A DNA stretch of 64,000 nt from assembly GCF_006345805.1 (NCBI RefSeq), contig NC_043004.1, forward strand, positions 51,770,001 through 51,834,000, read 5' to 3'. Positions 51,441-63,975 of this stretch are shown piece after piece. The notes beneath the pieces were generated by a model. It had not been told where the DNA came from and ran no database searches. It saw only the letters and a program-made list of their open reading frames with translations. Every line of letters starts with the position of its first letter. The first letter of the stretch is position 1. Origin of the DNA: Octopus sinensis. Its lineage: Eukaryota. The translations under genes were made by a program, and so were the position numbers.

Positions 51441-52628
51441 CAATGTGTTTGTTGTGAAGGTACAAGTCAATGGGAACCCTCATCATTGCCACCAATGGAG
51501 CAGCAGGCAGTGGTTATGGTGCCATGTAGTGTGCCAGTGCTTCAGAGTGGTGATGGTCATATATACAATGATAGTTGTGATAACAATGCTGATGTTGTTT
51601 AACCACAGGTAAATCCTGGTCGTGCAAACCTATGATCAGAAATGTTCCAACCCTAACCACCCTGTATTTTTAAGGCTGCCATGGAATATATTACCTGAAG
51701 TTTCTTTACTTTCATTTTTTTTTTAAGATAATAGAGTATGTTTTGATATGGCTGCTATTTCTAGCATCTTAAACAACCATATCAGAAGCTCTCTCTCACT
51801 GGCTCGAGGGCTCCTGGTTGGTGAGAGCAGCTGGTGTGCTGACTGCAGTTAGGGTGTCAGTGGTGGTGATAGCAGGTAACATGGTAGTGGTGTTTGCAGT
51901 AGTAGTTGTAGTAGTAACAGTGTAGTGTATATAGAAGCCGGTGGTGATAGTGCTTGTGAGTGTGGTGCATACATCAGGGGGAAGAAAGTGACAGTGCAGA
52001 CCTCTCCCACCACCATCATCACCACCACACATACAGTTGGTAAGTGGTGAGATGGCAGCGTTGATGAAGTGGTGACGAACAGACTATTCAGGGTTACTAA
52101 GCACAGAAAGAACTACAGCTGAGAATAGAATACCCCCCACAGCACGCACACACACACACACAAACATGCCAAAACCTAATCTGATGATGATGATGATGAT
52201 GATGATAATAATTAGCTTGCAGCCTCAGGTGTGCCAACATCACTAAACAAACCACCCACCTCCACTCAATCCCCACCAGACTGCGTCTCTGGCTCATATA
52301 ACAACTAGAAGGCTTATAGTTAGCAAGGTTAATACATTTTTATCATGAGGGGCCCCCATGAGGGCCTCATTAAAGCCATTATGCTCACTTCTCTGACACT
52401 AACAACACTGTGTAACATGGATTTTGTTCCTGGGTAGCAACTGCTATTTCCTATTAACTTACCTTTGGAAAGTGTGCTTTTGTTACATTTATTCACATTC
52501 CAAAGAATCCCTCTCAACACATGGCTATGATGTTCTCCCACTACTTCTGCTCATGAATGTACATACCACTAAGGGACATGCTCAAGTGGTTACGGTCAAG
52601 TAGCTAATAAGCAAGTCTATGATATTAA

Positions 52629-52844
52629 CCCCTTTGTTACCAACCTGGCTGAAACTGGCTCTGGCTATGTGGTAAAATGTCTTGTTTTCAAAAATTTTGA
52701 ATTAAAATCTTCCACCAAACCTTAGTCACAATTTATGTTCCTAACACTAGCTGATTTATAACTAAGTTATTTTACTAAATTCTTTGTTATATTTATAGTA
52801 ACTGAAAGAAAGAAAATCTCAAAATAAATACAGTAACAAAAGGG
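52629..52844. mobile_element. piggyBac-type MITE, family P1
   Basis: TTAA TSD; homologous to 46846-47065. Confidence 0.85.
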
Positions 52845-53301
52845 TTAAACAGAATATTTGCTCCCCAAAAATATTTTTGCTTCAGTAATTCAGTGCTAAA
52901 TCTGTCTGAAATATAATGGAAAATAGGTCAGTTTCCAAACACTGATGTCCAGGTGACAAAAGCAAAGTTTGAAAGGAATAGTAATTTCCTTTGGTTTCTA
53001 GGTAGAAACAAATAGGAAATACCACTTACTGACCAAAGCCAAAACAAATATGAATTAGGAATTGTTCTTGCAATCTCAAGGATAAGAAGCTAGTCTACTA
53101 TCATGCCTAACACTCCTCCAAAAGCTGGGAGAATCCTCCTTATTGTTTTAATATCCATTTTTCCACCATGCTGGCATGAGTTAGATACAGTTTATTGAAG
53201 TAGATTTTCTACGGTTGGTTGTCCTGCCTATCTCTAATCCTCACCGTTTCCTAAAGCAAGTAATATTTCTCCATGGCCAGACATGTTTCGGTAGAATATA
53301 T

Positions 53302-53536
53302 ATTTCTTTACTGCCCACAAAGGGCTAAACATAGAGGGGGACAAACAAGGACAGACAAAGGGATTAAGTCGATTACATCGACTCCAGTGCGAAACTGGTA
53401 CTTAATTTATCGACCCCGAAAGGATGAAAGGCAAAGTTGACCTCGGCGGAATTTGAACTCAGAATGTAACGGCAGACGAAATACCGCTAAGCATTTCAAC
53501 CCAGTGGTGCTAACGTTTCTGTCAGTTCGCCGCCTT
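53302..53536 (-). mobile_element. SINE family B
   Basis: 19-bp TSD atgtttcggtagaatatat at 53283-53301 and 53551-53569. Confidence 0.9.
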
Positions 53537-53946
53537 ATGTGTTTCTATGTATGTTTCGGTAGAATATATCAAATGAAAACATTGCTTGTCTGACAGCGAC
53601 ATTCATTTACAACTATCATGCAAAGTCAACATGAAGAAACACACACATTCACCATCATCATTTAATATCTGTTGTTCCATGCTGGCATGGATTGGCTGGT
53701 TTGATAGGATCTGGGGTCTTGAGATCAGCCTTCACTACTTTGTCCTGTTTCACTGGGTCTCCCTCTTCCACAAGCTACCTTAAGTGATTGGCACTTCTGT
53801 ATGCAGCTGTCCCTCCATCCATGACCAAACCAGCAATCCTCTTTCATGTACACATCGGATTACTCTTATGACTATTTTTTCTCTCAATGTGTGTGTATGT
53901 GGGTGCATATATACATAGACACAGAAACATACATATATATGTACAT

Positions 53947-53981
<35 letters not shown>

Positions 53982-54111
53982 TATATATATATACACGTGT
54001 GTGTGCTTCGAAAGAAAATTATAAAAATATATGTATATACACTCAAATATATATATATACATTTACATACATATATTCACATAAATATCTATGTATATAT
54101 ATATACATATA

Positions 54112-55841
54112 CTAGCATTATGACCCGTCATTGCTGAATCATAGTGCTAGTGCATGTATATATGTGTACATATTACATGTACATCTATATATATATATAT
54201 ATATATATATACATCTACACATAAAATACAAAATACAAAGTTATGTCTTGATATCGCTAGTGATAACAATACTCAAAATATATAACAGACTGGAATTGTA
54301 GGCCCATCTCTTGCAATTTCGATCAATTGGATCTTGTCCTCCCTCTTGTATAGAAGTGTGGCTACAATCAAGCCTACCTCTACTTCTGGCGGGGAGGGGG
54401 GGGGGCATTTTTACCTTTATATCTGGGACGTAGGACGTCCCAGATATAAAGGTAAAAATAAAATATTTCCACTTTGCAAGGTTCAAGTCGAGTACTCCCT
54501 TGCATGCTCCGTTGACTCGAACCTTGCTTCTATTGTGGCGAATTTACCGCCTCTGCTTAGATATCTTTCATAGTCGCACCAAGACACTTTTCGATGGTGC
54601 TTTCCTCCAGGCGTTCAAATCTTTTTTTTCCTCTACATTGTATACTTTATAGACAATAGTCTTTTCTTTAATTTAATTTTTTATTTCATTTGGTGGTGTT
54701 ATCCTAGATTCACCGTCTTTGTCGGTGATCAATCCGAAATAGGTTTGTATTTCTTCCATTTTAATTTTAATGAGTTCGCGCCCGCCGATGGCTGCAGCGA
54801 AATTCACTTTTGGACTTTCTTCTATCGAAGGCATTCTAACAAAAATGCTTCCGTATAAACAGTGAAAATATTGTCAATTTCCCCAAACAGGGACACAATT
54901 CAATTTTTAAACAATAACCAAAGCTCCTTCTCCCGAAGGGGGAAGGTTACAGTTTACAATAATTTAACAAATGCAACACAACAACGTTTCCCTTACGAGG
55001 AACCAACAAATGTGATAACAATAGTTAAACAGTAATAATAATAACAACAAACCTTACGGTGAATCAAAAAGCAGTACACAGTTGAAGCTATAGTCCTTTA
55101 TGTATAAGAAATAAACCTACAGTAGTACTCAGTAGAAATGGCTGTTCGAGAAAACAGACATTACATACAGCCAAACTTCATATAGAGACTTAATGCTAGC
55201 TAATTAGCAGATAATCTAATGTAAAAGCCGTGGTAAACGGTATGTGCACAGCTCCATCTGGACTATTCCATTTCTGCACGCTAATTTTATTTTTAATTTA
55301 TTCCTATTCATGTGAAACCACTTATTCAAGTTCAAGTCATTGATGCAATTTTATACCAATTGCTACTTTTACTTTTGTTATGTTACGATTATATTATACT
55401 TTAGTTTGATTTTAATTATTACTTACTACATATAATTCAATTGTTATTATTATTTTTATTGTTAAAGTGAAAGCATAAAATAGAGAAATGTTTTTGTTTC
55501 ACTTTTAACACGTAATACTGAAATAGTGGAGAAGATATGATATTGCTATGGGCTTGCTTTAGGCAAGAAGTTGAACATTTTTTTTGTCCATGAAACTACA
55601 TGGACCCTAAGTAAGGCACGTGTAAAATTTGAATGAAATTGGTTGTGTCGTTCTCAAGTTTTAGGGAATTGTAGTGGAGAAGATATGATATTGCTATGGG
55701 CTCGCTGTAGGCAAAAAGTTAAAAAAATTTTTTGCCAATGACATCCCCAGACCCTAAGGCATATGTAAATTTGAATGAAATTGGTTGTGTAGTTCTCAAG
55801 TTTTAGACAGACACACATTCTCAGTTTTATATATATATAGA
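54112..55841 (-). mobile_element. Non-autonomous Helitron (about 1.73 kb)
   Basis: On the minus strand it starts A|TCtatatatatataaaactgagaatgtgtgtctgtc and ends gacgggtcataatgCTAG|T, with a terminal hairpin at 54111-54151, no TSD, and an internal 148-bp tandem duplication (55524 and 55672). Confidence 0.75.
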
Positions 55842-56138
55842 TATATATATATGTATTTACATATGCATATTCATATTATGTATGTGTGTGCAAGTATGCA
55901 TGCGTGTGTCTACGGGCATGTCTTTGTGCTTGAATACCAGTGCTGGTTTGTTTATGTTCCTGTAACTTAGTGGTTTGGCAAAAAAAAATCAAACTGATAG
56001 AATAAGTACAAGGCTTAGGAATAAAAAAAAGTACTGGGATTGTTTAGTTCGACTAAATACCTCAAAAGAGGTGCCATAGCATGGCTACAGTGTAATGGCT
56101 GAAATAGATAAAAGATATAAGATAATGGAAAAACTTAC

Positions 56139-56339
56139 AAAGCCTAGCACACATTTATCCTCCCTCATTGTACCACAGCAGCCACAAAACGCCAGCAGCG
56201 CTATTGTGCCACCAGCACCTATCAAGAGGTATGTTGCTACTTCGAACCATTCTTCTCCAACTACTACAGATACTTCTCGTGCACTGTATTCCGTAACCAA
56301 GTACCAAATTCCAACTGCCAAGGCACCACAGCCTAATAT
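56139..56339 (-). CDS. Tetraspanin exon (end of TM1, small loop, TM2, start of TM3): ILGCGALAVGIWY...LLAFCGCCGTMREDKCVLGF
   Basis: Polypyrimidine tract plus AG at 56341-56340; GTAAGT donor at 56138. 201 nt = 67 codons, phase 0/0. Contains the tetraspanin TM2 signature GxxGCCG..RE.KC.L. Confidence 0.95.
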
Positions 56340-56465
56340 CTGGAAAGAGAAAAGGAAAAAATTCCATAAGATACACAAGGAATCACAAGTAGAGTAAATT
56401 GAGATATGTTTAACAGATGTGGGTAACTAAATGTAGAGAATTTTATATATATATATATATATATA

Positions 56466-56793
56466 ATCGGGACCCCCTTCGGTCACGACACTGACCATGG
56501 GATTGCACCTAGAAAGTTACCTTTCTAGTCACAAGTCTGGGCAAGGTGGTTTATGGAAGACCAGCAGTCGCCCATGCATCCCTCTCCACGCCACCAGTGT
56601 TATCCAAAGGAAAGGCAAAGGGGCCAATACAGCTTGTAACCAGTGGTGTCGCAACTCATTTCTACAGCTGAGTTAACTGGAGCAACGTGAAGTAAAGTGT
56701 CTTGCTCAAGAACACAACATGCAGCCTGGTCCGGGATTCGAGCTGACAACCTCACGATCGTAAGCTCGACGCTCTAACCACTGAGCCATGCGC
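56466..56793 (-). mobile_element. tRNA-derived SINE, family E
   Basis: Head aggcgcatggctcagtggttagagcgtcgagc. Homologue of 19235-19580. Confidence 0.85.
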
Positions 56794-57170
56794 CTATATA
56801 TGTAAATTTGACATGGGCAATTCCTTCATGTCTTGAGATTCACAGTCAAACAGTTGGGTGGAATATATATATATATATATATATATATAGATAGATAGAT
56901 AGATAGATATAGAGGTTATGTTTAAAATTAAAGTTTAGATAGGAGACTTTAAAATGTATTATCCAAACCTTGTTTGGGTATGTCCCTAGTAGTGTGCCTT
57001 GAGAGCATGTTGACCACATACACCTACCAGGCATCACCTGCAGCACTGCACTTTAGTTGAAGGATCTACCTAAGAAATTCCTTAGTGCACGCTTAGTATA
57101 TTTTAAATAATTGATTGAGAAGACGGAGTGTACTGTAAGCTTTATTTAGTTTGATGATCGTTTCGGCTTA

Positions 57171-57352
57171 TATCTGCACTGCTCCCTGGTGGGTGGGGAA
57201 CAATAAAAGGGATTTGAATGCACCCCACAGTGCAGAAGAGACCTCATCAAGTTATATAATATGTTACAATGTTCGAAGATTTTGGATTTCTTTGATTAAG
57301 TGCATTCGATTCCATTATATCATTCCCCACCCATTAGGGAGCAGTGCAGATG
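57171..57352. mobile_element. TA-flanked MITE with 30-bp TIRs
   Basis: 57171-57200 versus 57323-57352 match 27/30 in inversion. TA on both sides. Confidence 0.8.
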
Positions 57353-57825
57353 TAAACGCCCAAACACTTGTCATGCTAAATAAAACTTACAATATATATA
57401 TATATATATATATTTAAAATTAATTAAAGACTTACTAGGTATGTCTACCTGCTGGAAATAACAGTCAAAACTCTTATTGTTACTGTTATTATCATTTTCA
57501 AATTGTTACACCAGATAATAAGAGAGTCAATGATATCTTTGCAAATATTTTCTCGTGAATTATTTGCACTGTTATATATTTATTTATTTATTTACACACA
57601 CACACCCAAACTTGTTACCAGTTCAAATATGCTTGAGGCACATTCAAAACCTTAATGAAAAGCCATTCACTGTACTTTGTTGTGGAGAAAATTTCTCACT
57701 GTGGGTAGATAGGTGTAATTACACCAAGTCAACTTACAAGGCCCCACTAACCAGACTGTTGGATGATTGCATTATTCAGTGGGATGTTGTAAATGAAATA
57801 TGGAATGACAGCACTAAGTAATATA

Positions 57826-58300
57826 TATCATCATTTAACCTCTGTTTTCCATGCTGGCATGGGTTGGGTGGTTTGACTGATGTCTGGAGAGCCAGGAGCT
57901 GCACCAGGTTGCAATCTGATCTGACAAATGTTTCTATAGATGGATGCCCTTCCTAATGCCAACTACTCCAAGAGTGCAGTGGGTGCTTTTTACGTGCCAC
58001 CAGCACAGGAACCAGTTAGGTGTGCCTGGCATCAATCATGTTCAGATAGTGCTTTTTACGTACCACCAGCATGGAAGCCAGTCATGGGGGCACTGGCATA
58101 GGCCACGTTCGGATGGTGCTTTTTAGGTATCACCAGCACAAGTGACAGTCAGGTGGCCCTGGCATCAATCATGTTCAGATAGTGCTTTTTACATGCCACC
58201 GGCACGGGAGCCAGGCAGGAGGCACTGGCATCGGCCATATTCAAATGGTGCTTTTTATGTGCCACCAGCACGGAACCAGTCAGGCAGGCCTGGCATTGAC
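57826..58300 (-). mobile_element. Family D retroposon with five 66-67 bp internal subrepeats
   Basis: gtgcttttt-initiated units at 57983, 58049, 58116, 58182 and 58248. Confidence 0.75.
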
Positions 58301-58326
58301 CATATATATAAGTTTATATATATACG

Positions 58327-58718
58327 CTTTACTCTTTTACTTGTTTCAATCATTTGACTGCGGCCATGCTGGAGCACTGCCTTTAGTCGAGCAAATTGGC
58401 CCCGGGACTTATTCTTCGTAAGCCCAGTACTTATTCTATCGGTCGCTTTTGCCGAACCGCTAAGTGATGGGGACGTAAACACACCAGCATCGGTTGTCAA
58501 GCAATGCTAGGGGGACACACACAAACACACACACATATATATATATACATATATACGACAGGCTTCTTTCAGCCTCCGTCTACCAAATCCACCCACAAGG
58601 CATTGGTCAGCCCTGGGCTATAGTAGAAGACACTTGCCCAAGATACCACGCAGTGGGACTGAACCCGGAACCATGTGGTTGGTCAGCAAGCTACTTACCA
58701 CACAGCCACTCCTGCGCC
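58327..58718 (-). mobile_element. SINE family A
   Basis: Reverse-complement full copy. Confidence 0.9.
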
Positions 58719-58874
58719 TTTTGAATGTGAATTCTTCCTTTAACTGGAATAATTTTCAAAAGATTTCTGATGTTTCTTCATACTTTACTTTTGAATTTAC
58801 TAGTGTAAATTAGTGTAGGTATGGAAAGTTATATAGACGTATTAAGTGAATGATTTAAATTATTAAACAGAGCC

Positions 58875-58960
58875 CAACAAATTCATTCATATTTACATAA
58901 ATGGAGGAGATTAGATGTTAACATCTAATCTCCTGTATGTAAATATGAATGAATTTGTTG
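58875..58960. repeat. Near-perfect palindrome (15-bp + 25-bp stems, one bulge)
   Basis: caacaaattcattcatatttacata…aggagattagatgtt|aacatctaatctcct…tatgtaaatatgaatgaatttgttg. Confidence 0.9.
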
Positions 58961-58988
58961 AACTCTGAATAAGTTAAATCATATACTT

Positions 58989-59020
<32 letters not shown>

Positions 59021-59022
<2 letters not shown>

Positions 59023-59257
59023 CACATACATAGATGAATGAATAAACATGTGGGTATATATAAATATTTATGTGTGTGTGTGTATATCATCATCATTATC
59101 GTTTAATGTCTGTCTTCCCTATGTATGTACGTATGTATATGTGTGTGTATATATATATATATACATATATGCCATGGTTAATGTAATGACAAGTTGATTG
59201 ACATTTCAAGTTCAACCTGTATTGTAGTGGTGAAAGAGGGAGATGGCTATATGGAAA

Positions 59258-59321
<64 letters not shown>

Positions 59322-59612
59322 ACACACATACATAGATGAATGAATAAACATGTGGGTATATATAAATATTTATGTGTGTGTGTGTATATCATCATCATTA
59401 TCGTTTAATGTCTGTCTTCCCTATGTATGTACGTATGTATATGTGTGTGTATATATATATATATACATATATGCCATGGTTAATGTAATGACAAGTTGAT
59501 TGACATTTCAAGTTCAACCTGATTGTAGTGGTGAAAGAGGGAGATGGCTATATGGAAATGTGTGTGTGTGTGTGTGTGTGTGTATGTATATATATATAAT
59601 ATATATATATAT
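59021..59612. repeat. Near-identical tandem duplication, about 300-bp unit
   Basis: 59021-59320 is repeated at 59321-59612, with microsatellite boundaries. Confidence 0.9.
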
Positions 59613-60997
59613 CAGAGAGAGAGAGAGAGACTATGTTTAGTGATGTGTGAGCAACTAATTTTCCCAACAATAGGGGAGAAAATCAAAAGTGCATGGAGGA
59701 TAATGAAGGGCTTGCCCATGTAAGTGTATACAGATATAAATAAATATTTGTATGTGTATGTGTGGGAGACCTTTAATGTGTGTATAACTGAAAAATGAGA
59801 AAAGGAGAGAAACAAGAAGAGGAATGTAAAAGTAGGTATGTAGAAAATAAAAATAATATGGTGAGTCAACACCAATAATTCTTGAGGTCTTGCTGGAATC
59901 TACTTACACAGTTCACATAGTTTTAGAATGGCATTATGGCTGGGTGTATTTAGTTGAATTGTTCATGTGTATGAGCATACATAACTGTATGCATGTGTAT
60001 GTGCACACACACACACGCACATAGAATAGCCACAAGGAAATTATATAGAAAGCCCATTTTATATAGGCGGCGAGCTGGCAGAAACGTTAGCACGTTGGGC
60101 GAAATGCGTAGCCGTATTTCGTCTGCTGCTACGTTCTGAGTTCAAATTCCGCCGAGGTCGACTTTGCCTTTCATCCTTTCGGGGTCGATAAATTAAGTAC
60201 CAGTTCACTGGGGTTGATGTAACCGACTTAATCCGTTGGTCTGTCCTTGTTTGTCCCCTCTGTGTTTAGCCCCTTGTAGGTAGTAAAGAAATATATATAT
60301 AAAGCTCACTAAAATATATGTGTGTTTCTGTGCTTGTGAAATGTCTGTGTGAATAAGTTCATAAGTACCACTCTATCTTTCTTACACATAATCACACAAA
60401 CAGCTACACGAAGATAAAATGCCCTGAGTTGATGAATTAACCCTTTTGTTACCCTCTTTTTGGTGAAATTTGCTGCCTTTGTTTCAATTAATGAAGCGTT
60501 TAGTAAAAAAGCTTTGTTGTCATTAAGCTGGTGCTTGGAACAATTGAACACGAAATTCTGAAGAAGGATTATATTTAGCTCTTTGACATTTAAACCGACC
60601 GTATCGGCCAAATTATAGTCTACATGTTTTATGATCAAACTGACCAGATCTGGCCTCTCCCACCTATCCTATAATGTCATTCTAAAAATAAACAACCACA
60701 CTATCAAAATCTTGAAATAAGATAATGCTTGATTAATTCAAAACAATATAAATTTTAAAATATTACATTTGACAGAATAGTCTGAATGCTAAAAAGTCAA
60801 ATTATTTTAAAACAAAGAAGTTTGTATCATCAGAGCCAAACCAGAGGCAGTCACAGGAAGGTTGAAATCAAAAGGGTTAAGATGTGCCTTTGCAAGGACA
60901 GTGTGTCTAGTTATTACTAACAGTGCTTGTGTGTACGTGTTTGAGTAGTATGGTCGATATACAAGTGAGAAGACCAAGTTCAAAGAAGAACTCAATA

Positions 60998-61310
60998 CAC
61001 AAGTTGGTATCAAAAAGTTGCCGGACTAGTTATGTTTAATAAAAAATAACTTATTTACATAAGTTTTAACATCGTCCCCTTCAAAATAGTCACCTTGCAC
61101 AGTAATACACCAGTCCCAGTGTTCTTGCCACCTTTGGAATCTGGCCTAGAAGTTGTTTCCCATGGGTTGAGGACCTTCTGCGATTTGCTCTGGATTTAAA
61201 ATGGCAATCTTTAAGCTGCAGTTTCGTTTTGGGAAAGAGACGAAAGTCTGTAGGTGTTAGATCAGGCAAATGGAGTGGGTTTTTACTTCAAAGAAATCTT
61301 GATTTATGAC
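60998..61310 (-). mobile_element. Mariner 3'-end remnant
   Basis: ccccttcaaaatagtcacc reads GDYFEG on the minus strand. TIR-like end next to TA at 60996-97. Confidence 0.7.
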
Positions 61311-62117
61311 TGCCACTTAAACTGTCTTTTTACCCTATCCATAAAGGATAGATTCTAGTTTCTATTAGATTTGATAAACTAGTTTATAAATTAAAACTAA
61401 CCCCTCCACTCCCACTATTAAATCTGAATAACAAATATAATCAATAATAAGCATTGTCTTCCTTTGAAAAAATCTCAGTTACAAATGTGATGTTGTTGAT
61501 AAAACATGTCTTATCCTCTTTGTGATTTTGGATAATAAGAAAACTATACAAATGAATTACGGAGATGTACTTGCACAGCGAGTGACTTGATCTGAGATTG
61601 TGTGGTGGAATGAAACAATTGCAGCATGGAAGGTGTTTATATGCCATTTAAGAAACACACAAAAACCGTTAGATTCACTTCAACATTTAAATTTAATTTG
61701 TCAAAATATTTTCGTCGCTTTAAGACCGCGACCTGTTCACTGACAAAATTTCGTGCTGCATCTGTATACAAATGAATCCTTTGAATTTAACTAAATTCTA
61801 TATTTTTATGCAGCTGAAGATTGCTCTACATTTTAAATTGATGTAATATTTGCATTGTTCAATTAAATGGAGTCGCATGAAACGATCGTACTGCATTACC
61901 TCTGGATATCCTTGTTACTTATTTTGATATATATATATATATATATATACATATATACAATGGGCTTCTTTCAGTTTTACGTCTACCAAATCCACTCACA
62001 AGGCTTTGGTTGGCCCGAGGCTATAGTACAAGACACTTGCCCAAGGTGCCACGTAGTGAGACTGAACCCGGAACCATGTGGTTTGTAAGCAAGCTACTTA
62101 CCACACAACCACTCCAA

Positions 62118-62148
<31 letters not shown>

Positions 62149-62674
62149 TGACATTACAACCAGCCAGGCAAAGTCTCCGCTACATTTGCGGCACCAGCCA
62201 GAGGGAGTGTTTGTCCAGGATAGGACTACACAGCCACAGCAGGAAATGTATTGGGACATGAAATGTAAAAGCCGGACTAGACTACTTTATGCGCAACTCC
62301 ATTGTCTCCCGAGACAAAAAGGATACCAACAACAATATATATGTATACACATATATATATACACATACAACATGTACATGCGTACGTACGCACACATACA
62401 CACACAGAGAAGATATGAGGAGTTTAGGTCAAGATAACCCAGCGTTCTGATGATCCAAAAACCAGGATATCACAGAAATAGCTATCAGAGACTATCTCTA
62501 CTATCTTTACCAGTTTTGTATTACTATACTATTTTTAGATTGAATTAAATAAATTTAAGTGCCATAGTCCCACCACGACTAATTGTTTGCCTTCCTCAAT
62601 ACTTCAACTATGTATCTATCTATCTCTCTCTATATATATATATGAATGTGTATATATATGTGTGTGTATATATA

Positions 62675-62708
<34 letters not shown>

Positions 62709-62773
62709 ATGTGTGTATATATATGTGTATATATATGTGTGTGTATATGTGTATAATGTGTGTATGTATATAT

Positions 62774-62808
<35 letters not shown>

Positions 62809-62864
62809 ACATTATGGTGATTGAAGAAATGGAGCTGAACGCAGATTGAACAGAAATCGTTTTA

Positions 62865-62950
62865 TTTCATTCTACACGTGTTTCGAAAGGCACAAATTAC
62901 CAAATCCGATTGAATAATGGACCATATTGTGTTTCTCTTCAGAAGAAAAA
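62865..62950 (-). ncRNA. Minimal type-I hammerhead motif on the tetraspanin sense strand
   Basis: CUGAAGA-gaaacacaa…uugugccuuuc-GAAA-c ACGU g-UA|gaaugaaa. Core intact, stem II can pair, stem I is degenerate. Confidence 0.55.
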
Positions 62951-63089
62951 AAGGAAATCCGTTGGAAAAACAAAAACAGAACAGAGGCGGAGCAAAAACA
63001 AATCGAACTGTGCTCCTAGAGCCCATGGCGAAACTAAGGTATCGGTTAAACTTTTGATTAATCTACTACAAGATATTCATCTTTCTATT

Positions 63090-63092
63090 TAC

Positions 63093-63166
<74 letters not shown>

Positions 63167-63779
63167 TATATATGTGTATATATATGTGTATATATGTGTG
63201 TATGTATATATATATATATATGTGTATATATGTGTGTATGTATATACATATATATATATGCATAATATACATATATATATGCATATATTATCATATATAT
63301 ATGCATATATATACATATATACATATGTAATATCTGCATTATACATGCATATATATACATATATATGTATGTATATATATACATATATATATGCATATAT
63401 ACATGCATATATATACATACATATATATGTATATATATATCATATATATGTATATATATACATATATGTTATATATACATATATATATGTATATATATAT
63501 ACATATATATAGTGTATATAATACATATATATATGTATATATATATACATCGATATACATATATATGTATATATATACATATATATGTATATATATACAT
63601 ATAATATGTATATATATACATTATATATGTATATAATACCATATATATATGATATATATATACATATCTATATATACATATATATATATACATATATATA
63701 TATACATATATATATATACATATATATAGATAATATATAATATATACATATATATATATACATATATATATATATACAT

Positions 63780-63827
<48 letters not shown>

Positions 63828-63975
63828 CTATATATATATACATATATATATATACATATATATATATATACATATATATACATATATATTATATAAATAT
63901 ATATATATACATATATTATATGTATAATATACATATATATATGTATATATATATGTATATGTAATATAAATATAT
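63090..63975. repeat. Degenerate (TA)/(TATG)/(TACA) microsatellite block
   Basis: Almost pure TA-based low complexity. Confidence 0.95.

Noticed and set aside
49475-52297. His-, Thr- or Ile-rich ORFs
   Set aside because: Degenerate GGT/GAT trinucleotide tracts with no supported splice context.
57983-58300. Regularly spaced 66-bp units as a CRISPR array
   Set aside because: The supposed spacers are homologous to each other, the array lies inside a eukaryotic retroposon, and there are no cas genes.
61700-61760. Hairpin gtcgc…gcgac followed by GAAA on the minus strand as a ribozyme
   Set aside because: No CUGANGA core.
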